From: an uncultured Bacteroidia bacterium
GTDB taxonomy: Bacteria; Bacteroidota; Bacteroidia; Bacteroidales; UBA932
Length of the DNA stretch: 64,000 nucleotides
NCBI GenBank assembly: GCA_902785575.1
Contig: CACZZF010000013.1
Coordinates: forward strand, 52,867-116,866
Reading direction: 5' to 3'
Part shown: positions 1-8,073 of the stretch, in pieces
Layout: every line of letters begins with the position of its first letter
Numbering within the stretch: position 1 is the first letter of the stretch
Notes under the pieces: generated by a model
Databases searched by the model: none
Told to the model about the DNA's origin: nothing
The model's input: the letters and a program-made list of their open reading frames with translations, nothing else
Made by a program: the position numbers and the translations under genes

Positions 1-753
1 TCGGATGTGGGTCTTCCCAGCCCGGAGCTGCTTGACGAGCATATCACTTCAAAACCTGTCGAGGAGAAGACTGAGACTCCAGAGCATGCCCACGCCCTTT
101 ACAAGGTTCTCCTTAAGAAGATGGTATTCCGTAACCCGATGATCTGGATCTTGGCTGTGTCCAATTTCTGCGTTTATGTCATCAGGTTCACGATCCTTGA
201 CTGGGGATCCATGTTCCTAACTGATTATAAGCAGCTTCCAATCGCCACTGCGGCTAATGTCGTGGCCGCTTCGGAGATTGTGGGAGGAATAATCGGCACC
301 TTGTTGGCCGGTTGGGCGACTGACAAGTTTTTCAAGAGCAAGGCACATCACACTTGCCTTTTCTGCATGATCCTGGCGACTCTCAGCTTCTTCGCGTTCT
401 GGAAGATGCCTCAGTCCAACACGGGCCTGGCGATATTCTTCCTGATTATGTCCAGTTTCTTCATTTACGGTCCACAGGCGCTCACCGGAATCGCCGCCTC
501 CAACCAGGCTACCAAGCGAGCCGCCGCTTCCGCTAACGGTGTTCTCGGTATATTCGGTTACGCCAGCACGACTGTCTCCGGACTGGCTTTCGGTATGATA
601 GCCAAGTCCTTCGGTTGGAACACGGTGTTTGCTGTGGCGATCGCTTTCGGTATTCTGGGTTGCCTTGTCTTTGCCATCATGTGGAAGGCTCCGGCTGACG
701 GTTACGCCAAGGCCGAAAAGATAATTGAGGAATTCGAAGCCGCTAAAGAATAA
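1..753 (+). CDS. MFS transporter, organophosphate:Pi antiporter (GlpT/UhpC-like) family, C-terminal part; 5' end outside window
   Basis: Frame is open to the window edge. About 6 hydrophobic helices. Blocks FRNPMIWILAVSNFCVYVIRFTILDW and GTLLAGWATDKFF align by eye with the second half of GlpT/UhpC. Confidence 0.7.
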   Translation, partial: SDVGLPSPELLDEHITSKPVEEKTETPEHAHALYKVLLKKMVFRNPMIWILAVSNFCVYVIRFTILDWGSMFLTDYKQLPIATAANVVAASEIVGGIIGTLLAGWATDKFFKSKAHHTCLFCMILATLSFFAFWKMPQSNTGLAIFFLIMSSFFIYGPQALTGIAASNQATKRAAASANGVLGIFGYASTTVSGLAFGMIAKSFGWNTVFAVAIAFGILGCLVFAIMWKAPADGYAKAEKIIEEFEAAKE

Positions 754-1877
754 TGGAGATAAAGAAAAGGCTCGCCTCCCTGGACATCCTGCGCGGGATG
801 GATCTTTTCCTCCTGCTGGTGGCCGGGCCAATAATCCATAAATTCCTGGAGATCAACACCTCTCCTATTTGGGATGGGGCGCGTCGCCAGGTGACCCATG
901 TCTCATGGGAAGGCTTTGTGCTGTGGGATATAATAATGCCCTTGTTCATGTTCATGTCAGGGGCGACAATCCCGTTCTCGATGGCAAAGTACAGGGAAGG
1001 GGAAAGGCCTGGGAAAGCATTCCATCTCAAACTTCTCAAACGATTCGCCCTGTTGTTCTTTCTTGGGTGGATTGTTCAGGGTAACCTCTTGAATTTGGAT
1101 TTCAAGCAGTTCCATCCGTTCGCCAATACACTTCAGGCCATTGCGGTCGGCTATGTCTTCTCGGCTCTGGCATTTGTATATTTCGGAAAAAAAGGGAGCT
1201 GGATTTTCGGCACCGCATGTTTCGGGTTGTATATTCTCGTGTTTGTCCTTTTCGGGCATATGAACCTTGATCCTCAAGGGAATATAGCGATGGTCATAGA
1301 CAAGGCCGTTTTAGGGTCTCACCGAGACGGCGTGATTTGGAATCCTGACGGGACATGGGCCTGGAATGAGGGCTATCAATATACATGGATCCTGAGCAGC
1401 CTCAATTTTGTCGTGACCGTGATGCTAGGATCTTATGCTGGAAGTCTGCTGAAGGATGAGACTCGCCCCAAGAAGCTGAGAGGCTTTATTCTCGCCGCCA
1501 CAGGGGTCTCCTTGGTCATATTCGGCATAGCTCTCGACTCGTGGTTCCCTTGTATCAAAAAGATTTGGAGCAGTTCCATGACTCTGTATTCGGCTGGTTT
1601 ATGCAGCCTGGCTTTAGCGCTTGTCTACTTGATTGTGGATGTATGGGGGAAAGGAAACAAGAGCCTCGGATGGTTCAAGTTTTTCGGAATGAACTCGATA
1701 GCGGCGTACTGCATCGGCGAGGTCATCAACTTCTCATCTGTCAGCCGGTCTCTATTGCATGGTTTTGATCATATTTTAGGAGAGTATTACCCTCTTCTCA
1801 TCACTTTTTGCAATGTCACTATTCTTTTCCTGATCATGAGATTCATGTACAAGAAAGGAATATTCCTAAAGGTTTAG
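753..1877 (+). CDS. Polytopic membrane acyltransferase, DUF5009/DUF1624 (HGSNAT-like, heparan-alpha-glucosaminide N-acetyltransferase homologue)
   Basis: 374 aa with many TM segments. N-terminal RLASLDILRGMDLFLL motif is typical of this family. ATG overlaps the upstream stop (TAATG). Confidence 0.6.
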   Translation: MEIKKRLASLDILRGMDLFLLLVAGPIIHKFLEINTSPIWDGARRQVTHVSWEGFVLWDIIMPLFMFMSGATIPFSMAKYREGERPGKAFHLKLLKRFALLFFLGWIVQGNLLNLDFKQFHPFANTLQAIAVGYVFSALAFVYFGKKGSWIFGTACFGLYILVFVLFGHMNLDPQGNIAMVIDKAVLGSHRDGVIWNPDGTWAWNEGYQYTWILSSLNFVVTVMLGSYAGSLLKDETRPKKLRGFILAATGVSLVIFGIALDSWFPCIKKIWSSSMTLYSAGLCSLALALVYLIVDVWGKGNKSLGWFKFFGMNSIAAYCIGEVINFSSVSRSLLHGFDHILGEYYPLLITFCNVTILFLIMRFMYKKGIFLKV

Positions 1878-1879
1878 TG

Positions 1880-2461
1880 ATGGCGGTCGAAGTCGAGAGA
1901 CATCCGTTCGAGCCTTTCCTGCCGGAAGGAGCTAAAGTGCTGATGCTGGGGAGTTTCCCGCCCCAGAAGAAGCGTTGGAGCATGGAGTTCTATTATCCGA
2001 ATTTCATCAATGATTTCTGGCGGATTATCGGACTTCTGTTCTTTGAGGATAAGGATTGGTTCGTCGATAAGGTAGCCAAGAAGTTCAAACTCCAGGAAAT
2101 CAAGGAGTTCTGCGCTGAAAAGGGAATAGCGATGTTCGACACCGCCACAGCTGTGCGTCGGCTCAAGGACAACGCCTCGGACAAGTTCCTTGAAGTCGTG
2201 GAACCTACTGACATTCCGGCACTTCTGCGTCGAATACCGTTCTGTAGGGCGGTTGTGGTCACAGGAGAGAAGGCGGCTCAGACACTTTGCGCGGCCTTCG
2301 GGACAGAGGCTCCGGCTGTAGGAGAGTTTTCACAGTTCAGTTTTGAAGGAAGGAATTTGCGCCTTTATCGCATGCCCTCCACCTCCAGGGCATACCCCCT
2401 CCCGATACAGAAAAAAGCCGACGTTTACCGCCGGCTCTTTGCGGATCTTGGAATCAGCTAA
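1880..2461 (+). CDS. Uracil-DNA glycosylase superfamily protein, family-6 (hypoxanthine/deoxyinosine DNA glycosylase)-like
   Basis: Motifs LMLGSFPPQKK and YYPNFINDFWRIIG. ATG at 1880 is preferred over the in-frame ATG at 1808, which would overlap the preceding gene by 70 nt. Confidence 0.55.
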   Translation: MAVEVERHPFEPFLPEGAKVLMLGSFPPQKKRWSMEFYYPNFINDFWRIIGLLFFEDKDWFVDKVAKKFKLQEIKEFCAEKGIAMFDTATAVRRLKDNASDKFLEVVEPTDIPALLRRIPFCRAVVVTGEKAAQTLCAAFGTEAPAVGEFSQFSFEGRNLRLYRMPSTSRAYPLPIQKKADVYRRLFADLGIS

Positions 2462-3759
2462 TTACCCCTCACGAAGATCGCGAAGTTGCGGACTAAGAAT
2501 TCTTGTCCGTCAGATGTGTCTATCGCATTAATTGAAATCATACCAGCGCTTTTGGCCGTGAGCACACATTCGGTGTCGGTATAACTCACATCCACGTGAG
2601 TTGATCCGAATATTATGTTCAATTTCCAGTCCTTGGTTTTGAGGAAGGACTTCGTTGTTTCGTCAAATAAACTGAATTTAAGCACATTCCCTTGATTAGT
2701 CCCCATATAGTATTCAATACTGTTTCCCGCCTCCTTTCCATTGTAATATAATTTATACTCTGTTACCTTGGCAACGAACGAGCGTCTGAATTCGCCATAT
2801 CCAAGGGTTATTGTGGCTGTGCCCGCATTATGACTATAAATGCCCCATGTGTAACTAAAACTACCTGTATTCACCACAACAGATGCGATATCCGGGTCAG
2901 AAGATTCGCCCGTTATCAATTCGTCGTGTAAAATTTGCGATCTGTTAGTCAAATCATAGAGATCCAGATAATAGACGTTGAAAAATGGGGAATTAAACCT
3001 AAGTAAGGCGCCTTCCACAATTTCTCTATCTTTGGCAATGGGGTCCGTACCAGTCCCCGCATGAGCATAAAACACTCCGAATTCCGTTGGTTTAGGAAGC
3101 ACTTTCAAGATGATGGAGTGTAAGCGCTCGTCTCCCCAGCTGAAGGTCAAAGTGGATAGCCCGGCGCTTTCTGCTTTCACAAAACCGGAGCCGTCTTTAT
3201 TGCCCAAATATGTCGCCACCTCTTTTGATGAGGATGAGACTTTAAGATTGTCAGCGTCAACGAAAGCCCCGGTCGCGTTGTCAAACACCTCGAAACTGAG
3301 AGAGTCACCAGGGAATGATCCCAACCTGTATATTAGCGAGTCGCCGACTTCTTTGCCGCTATTGTATACCTTGAGAGAGAGCGGCTCTTTGACGGTGATG
3401 GTGAATTTGGCGGTCATATTGCCGTCTTTAGTGATGACAGAGATGGTTGTGGTGCCACCTTTGACCGCGGTGACCAATCCCTTTCCATCGACATTCGCTA
3501 TGGACGAATCGTCGGTCTTCCACGATATGCTTTTCTCGGTGGCATTGGCGGGCTCAACCGTGGCGGAAAGCTGCACGGTCTCACCTACCATCAATGTCGC
3601 CTCAGTCTTGTCAAGTTTTACCCCAGTGACTTTGACAACTTGCGGAGTCGGCGGGTCCACCGTTGGCGTTGGTTTATCGGGAGTGACAGGTTCTTTCTTG
3701 TCGCATGCGACAGCCAGGAACGCTATACATAGCAGGTTGAATAAAAAGAGTTTTCTCAT
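2458..3759 (-). CDS. Lipoprotein with bacterial Ig-like (Big_2) domain
   Basis: Signal peptide plus lipobox (MRKLFLFNLLCIAFLAVAC). VTGVKLDKTEATLMVGETVQLSATVEPANATEKSISWKTDDSSIANVDGKGLVTAVKGGTTTISV is a canonical Big_2 module. An alternative ATG lies at 3777. Confidence 0.6.
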   Translation of the reverse strand: MRKLFLFNLLCIAFLAVACDKKEPVTPDKPTPTVDPPTPQVVKVTGVKLDKTEATLMVGETVQLSATVEPANATEKSISWKTDDSSIANVDGKGLVTAVKGGTTTISVITKDGNMTAKFTITVKEPLSLKVYNSGKEVGDSLIYRLGSFPGDSLSFEVFDNATGAFVDADNLKVSSSSKEVATYLGNKDGSGFVKAESAGLSTLTFSWGDERLHSIILKVLPKPTEFGVFYAHAGTGTDPIAKDREIVEGALLRFNSPFFNVYYLDLYDLTNRSQILHDELITGESSDPDIASVVVNTGSFSYTWGIYSHNAGTATITLGYGEFRRSFVAKVTEYKLYYNGKEAGNSIEYYMGTNQGNVLKFSLFDETTKSFLKTKDWKLNIIFGSTHVDVSYTDTECVLTAKSAGMISINAIDTSDGQEFLVRNFAIFVRGN

Positions 3760-3827
3760 GATTGAAAAAAAGGTCATTACGTTTTACTACTCTCAAATAT
3801 ACGCGATAATTGTCGGAAGTCAAAGGA

Positions 3828-5651
3828 TTAAGCCTCAGGGACAAGAGAAACTTTGATGGAGACTCTCTCGTGAGGCATTACATTCTTGATTTCGAAACCC
3901 ACGAGGCAGGTGCCGGGATTCTCGGCATCATAGTCATGCCGGGGCGTCGTCGGCCATATTCTCGGACTGGCGTAATGCTTTGTGGATATCCTTAATATCT
4001 TAGTCTTGCCGTCCTTTTTCAGTTCGATCGCCGCCGGCCCGAGGATCCTTGCCTCGGCCTCGGTGCACATAGTCCAGAACAGATTCTGTTTGGTCTCTCC
4101 GCCGATGAAAAAATCCTCGATGTGGAGGTTGTCTTTCTTGTCGAGATATACCTTCCGGTAGCAGGAGTCGAGATCTCCGCCGTAGAAAGAAGTCATAGGT
4201 AGCCCGCAGCCCTTCCTCGATTTCTTCTTCCAAACATCACGGATAGGAATCCTTGTGTCGACTATCGGTCTTTTACCCTTGACTGTAAGGATGTTATGAG
4301 ACTCGGCTCCAATCCTGAACACGTCCCAACGCTGGCTTTTCTGGTCCATGGCCCACAGGTCTATTCCACGAGTCTCCAGAGAGTTGTAGTTCTGACTTCC
4401 GAGGTCGACCGCCCAGCCGATTCCTTCACTTTCAAAGAAGAAGGAACCCGCATCGATATGGCCATGATTATCGGCCGCCCGTCCGCCTTTGACAGCGAGA
4501 TAGGTGTCGTTCTGATTGTCCCATCCGCTCCTGTAGATGAACATCGGCTCTAGGCCCGAGCAGACATAGTAATTGTCCTCCGGCTTCGGAACTTTGTTGA
4601 AATCAATTCCTTTGCCGGCGATGAGGAACATGGGTAACAGCCTGTCCTCATCATTCATGACAAGTCCCCGGTCTTTGTGGAAAGTGAGTTCGGGATAAAG
4701 CGGGGAGGTGTCACCAGTCTTGGCTGCCATCCAAGCCTGGATGTGCTGGAAATTCTGCCTTCTCCCACCATCGAAATAGCTGAATACATTGTGTTTAGGG
4801 GTGCTCATCATGCTGATGAACCGGGACGAGTTGTAGAATCTTTCCTGTCCGTCCATAAGCCCGAGATCACTGCCGAAGGCGCTCTCGAGAGCGGCGATCA
4901 GCATTATCTGGAAAGATGTGCCATACGCCCAATAGCCGTATCCTTCCGGATAACAGCCTTCCTCCGAGTAGCTCGCCAAACTTATAGGGTTGGATCCCAA
5001 GCATTTGGATATCATCGCCCGGGCTTCTTCAGGGATATCTTCGAAGATCGCGAGGGCACCATATACCATTCCGGCGTTACAGACCTGGTTCCAGTTGTTG
5101 TTAGAGGTGAAGAACCACTGTCCTTCGGAAGTCCTAAGTCCTTTATTCAGAATAGATTCTCGTATCTCTTCCCTGTCGGTTTCGCTTATGGCATCGTACA
5201 GCCAGTCATAACCTATAGCGACAGCCATTGTCATCTCACCCACGTCCAGGAAATGAGAAGGGTTCCAGTCCTGGAAACGGCAGAGGGCGAGCATCTCGCT
5301 CACCGCCCGTTCGGAATACCTCTTGTCCCCGTCCAGCCTGTACATCATCGAGAGGTGAAAAATCCTCTTTAGAGCCTGGCGGGAGACACTCAGAAGGCGA
5401 CGGCCGGTCATTACCCTTTCCAGAGGTGGTTCAGTCAGGAGATTATCGGAGAAGTCCTTGATGTAGGAATATGCTTCCGACATGATTCCGCCTTTTCCGA
5501 CGGCTTCCTTGACCGCTGTCTCTTCTCCAGCCCTCAACACAAGTCTGGGGTGGTCGCATGGCTCCGGAATACTCGCTGGAGAACCGTAAACCGAGATGGA
5601 GAACAGGCAGATTATGACTAGCACCGAGATTTTGTTTCCCATAATGGACAA
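3828..5651 (-). CDS. Heparinase II/III family polysaccharide lyase-like protein
   Basis: 607 aa with a signal peptide. C-terminal block RAADNHGHIDAGSFFFESEGIGWAVDLG is typical of the Heparinase II/III domain. N-terminal half looks helical (toroid-like). Confidence 0.75.
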   Translation of the reverse strand: MSIMGNKISVLVIICLFSISVYGSPASIPEPCDHPRLVLRAGEETAVKEAVGKGGIMSEAYSYIKDFSDNLLTEPPLERVMTGRRLLSVSRQALKRIFHLSMMYRLDGDKRYSERAVSEMLALCRFQDWNPSHFLDVGEMTMAVAIGYDWLYDAISETDREEIRESILNKGLRTSEGQWFFTSNNNWNQVCNAGMVYGALAIFEDIPEEARAMISKCLGSNPISLASYSEEGCYPEGYGYWAYGTSFQIMLIAALESAFGSDLGLMDGQERFYNSSRFISMMSTPKHNVFSYFDGGRRQNFQHIQAWMAAKTGDTSPLYPELTFHKDRGLVMNDEDRLLPMFLIAGKGIDFNKVPKPEDNYYVCSGLEPMFIYRSGWDNQNDTYLAVKGGRAADNHGHIDAGSFFFESEGIGWAVDLGSQNYNSLETRGIDLWAMDQKSQRWDVFRIGAESHNILTVKGKRPIVDTRIPIRDVWKKKSRKGCGLPMTSFYGGDLDSCYRKVYLDKKDNLHIEDFFIGGETKQNLFWTMCTEAEARILGPAAIELKKDGKTKILRISTKHYASPRIWPTTPRHDYDAENPGTCLVGFEIKNVMPHERVSIKVSLVPEA

Positions 5652-5700
5652 ATGATTATTTAGTGGCGTTTAAAGTTAGTGAAAGATAGCGAAAAATGAG

Positions 5701-5708
5701 TATCTTTG
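5701..5708 (+). promoter_or_regulatory. Candidate Bacteroidetes primary-sigma -7 box (TAnnTTTG)
   Basis: TATCTTTG lies 32 nt upstream of the ATG at 5740, in a divergent intergenic region. Confidence 0.4.
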
Positions 5709-5739
5709 TAAGATTGTAATAAAGAAATAACATCAGCAT

Positions 5740-7530
5740 ATGGCAAGAGAAATCAAGTTCTCCCTGGTGTACAGGGACATGTGGCAGAGCTCGGGCAAGT
5801 ACGTCCCCAGGGTCGACCAGCTTTGTGAGGTAGCCCCGGCTATCGTGGATATGGGCTGCTTCGACAGGGTTGAGACCAACGGAGGCGCTTTTGAGCAGGT
5901 CAATCTCCTTTTCGGAGAGAATCCCAATGTGGCGGTCCGTAAGTGGACGGCGCCTTTCCATAAAGCCGGGATCCAGACCCACATGCTTGAGAGGGGATTG
6001 AACGCCCTTAGGATGAATCCAGTCCCGAGAGATGTCAGGGACTTGATGTTCAAGGTCAAGAAAAAGCAAGGCACCGACATCGCCCGTTCTTTCTGCGGTC
6101 TTAATGACCACCGTAACCTCCGCGGCTCGGTTGAGGGCGCGAAGAAGGGCGGTATGATTTCCCAGGTGGCTCTCTCGATCACCAACTCCCCTGTCCACTC
6201 CGTGGCATATTACATGGGTATTGTCGACAAGGTAGTGGAATATGGTTGCGATGAGATTTGCCTCAAGGATATGGCTGGAATCGGCCGTCCTACCTTCCTC
6301 GGTGAGCTTGTCCGGGACATCAAGAAGAAATATCCCCACATCGTGGTTCAGTACCATGGCCATACCGGTCCTGGTTTCTCTCCCGCGTCTATGCTGGAGG
6401 TCGCCCGCGCCGGAGCGGACTATCTGGATGTAGCCGTGGAGCCTCTTTCTTGGGGCAAGGTCCATCCGGATGTGATAACTATCCGTGAGATGATGAAGGC
6501 TGACGGCTTCCTGGTGAAGGATCTCAACATGGACGCCTACATGGAGGTTCGCCGCCTGACCCAGAAGTTCATCGACGACTTCCTCGGATATTGGATCAAC
6601 CCCACGAACTCCCAGATGAGCTCGCTGCTCGTGGGATGTGGCCTGCCCGGGGGAATGATGGGCTCCATGATGGCCGACCTCAAGGGCTTCCAGGGTGCGA
6701 TCAACGCCGCCCAAAGGGCTCACGGCCGTCCGGAGATGAGCCTTGACACCTTGATGGTCAAGCTCTTCCAGGAGGTTGAATACGTGTGGCCCCGTCTGGG
6801 TTACCCGCCTCTCGTGACCCCGTTCAGCCAGTATGTCAAGAACACCGCCTTGATGAACCTCTTCAATATGCTCAACGACAAGCCTCGTTGGACAACTATC
6901 GATAAGGACACCTGGGGCATGATTCTGGGCAACATGGGCCAGCTTCCCGGACCTTTGGCTCCGGAAATCGTAGAATTGGCCAAGGAGAAAGGGCATGAGT
7001 TCTCGACCGGTAACCCGCAGGACAATTATCCCGATGAGCTTCCTAAGTTCCGCGCGATGATGGATGAGAAGGGCTGGGACTACGGCGAGGATGATGAGGA
7101 ACTGTTTGAGCTGGCCATGCATGAGCGCCAGTACCTCGACTACAAGAGCGGAATCGCCAAGGAGCGTTTCAACAAGGAACTTGAGGACTTCAGGGCTAAG
7201 GCCGGAGCACCCATTGTCGTGACTCGTCCTGTAGTTGAGATGCCCAAGTTCGATGTCGAGGATTATACCAGGAAGTATCCGAATGCCGTGCCTGTTCAGG
7301 CTCCTGTCAAGGGCCAGCTTCTCTGGCAGGTCGATGTGGATGACGATTCGGCCGCTCCTGTCGCCGGAACCGAAGTGAAGGCCGGCGTCGGAATGGGCTT
7401 TGTCCAGACATATTACGGTATGGAAGAGCTGGTTCCGGCTATTGACGGAAGAGTCGTCGCTGTTCTCGGCAAACAGGGTGAGAAGGTCGTCAAGGGCGAG
7501 ATTGTCGCGTTTATTGTTCCTGAGAAGTAG
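5740..7530 (+). CDS. Oxaloacetate decarboxylase alpha / pyruvate carboxylase subunit B-like carboxyltransferase with C-terminal biotinyl-like domain
   Basis: 596 aa. Carboxyltransferase (HMGL-like) motifs present: YRDMWQS, ICLKDMAGIG, VVQYHGHTGPG. C-terminal barrel-sandwich hybrid domain (GEKVVKGEIVAFI). Confidence 0.8.
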   Translation: MAREIKFSLVYRDMWQSSGKYVPRVDQLCEVAPAIVDMGCFDRVETNGGAFEQVNLLFGENPNVAVRKWTAPFHKAGIQTHMLERGLNALRMNPVPRDVRDLMFKVKKKQGTDIARSFCGLNDHRNLRGSVEGAKKGGMISQVALSITNSPVHSVAYYMGIVDKVVEYGCDEICLKDMAGIGRPTFLGELVRDIKKKYPHIVVQYHGHTGPGFSPASMLEVARAGADYLDVAVEPLSWGKVHPDVITIREMMKADGFLVKDLNMDAYMEVRRLTQKFIDDFLGYWINPTNSQMSSLLVGCGLPGGMMGSMMADLKGFQGAINAAQRAHGRPEMSLDTLMVKLFQEVEYVWPRLGYPPLVTPFSQYVKNTALMNLFNMLNDKPRWTTIDKDTWGMILGNMGQLPGPLAPEIVELAKEKGHEFSTGNPQDNYPDELPKFRAMMDEKGWDYGEDDEELFELAMHERQYLDYKSGIAKERFNKELEDFRAKAGAPIVVTRPVVEMPKFDVEDYTRKYPNAVPVQAPVKGQLLWQVDVDDDSAAPVAGTEVKAGVGMGFVQTYYGMEELVPAIDGRVVAVLGKQGEKVVKGEIVAFIVPEK

Positions 7531-7533
7531 TTT

Positions 7534-8073
7534 ATGAGAAGAGTTCTCCCGGTTATTGTTCTCGTGTTGTCTGTGGCTTTCATGGCTACAGGCTGCGATT
7601 TCTTCCGTGTTTTGGCCGGGAGGCCGACTTCAAAGGACATTGAGGCGAAGCGGGAGCAGATCCTTCGCTCCGCTCAGGATGACAAGGTTACCGCTCCGTC
7701 TGATATGGTAGCCTCTACAGAGCAGTCGGTCTCGACTGGGCAGGCCGAGGCTAAGCCGGATACTGTCGTTGCCGCGCCAATTCGTCCTGCTGGCGACAAG
7801 GACCCTTTGACAAGCTCAGGGGCCGGGACGGAGAAGAAGCGTTTCTACGTCATAATGGGGGCGTTTTCCAGCAGGGAGAATGCGGAAAAGTATGCCGCTC
7901 GGATAAAAGGCTTTGGTTATGAGCCGGAATTCTTCGGCTTCACTGAGGGCCGTACTGCCGTCGGAATCGGCGGGACTGATGACCAGGAAGAAGCCAAAGC
8001 TTTCATGAAAGATTTGAAAGGGCAGGATTTTTGCCCTGAGGGCGTCTGGATTTTAGACAGGAAAAAGAAATGA
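7534..8073 (+). CDS. SPOR domain lipoprotein
   Basis: Lipobox FMATGC. C-terminal RFYVIMGAFSSRENAEKYAARIKGFGYEPEFF...GIGGTDDQEEAKAFMKDLK matches the SPOR fold pattern. Confidence 0.7.
   Translation: MRRVLPVIVLVLSVAFMATGCDFFRVLAGRPTSKDIEAKREQILRSAQDDKVTAPSDMVASTEQSVSTGQAEAKPDTVVAAPIRPAGDKDPLTSSGAGTEKKRFYVIMGAFSSRENAEKYAARIKGFGYEPEFFGFTEGRTAVGIGGTDDQEEAKAFMKDLKGQDFCPEGVWILDRKKK
7659..7683. repeat. Intragenic copy of the GTCATYCTGAGCG-N-GCGAAGRATC hairpin motif (reverse orientation), in frame in the SPOR protein linker
   Basis: GATCCTTCGCTCCGCTCAGGATGAC is translated as ILRSAQDD. Same motif family as 31540-31620. Confidence 0.6.

Noticed and set aside
5656-7122. 488-aa ORF on the minus strand
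   Set aside because: It is entirely antisense to the well-supported OadA/PycB-like gene. The product is His/Arg/Leu/Gly-rich with no recognisable motifs, which is typical of a shadow ORF in a moderately GC-rich gene.
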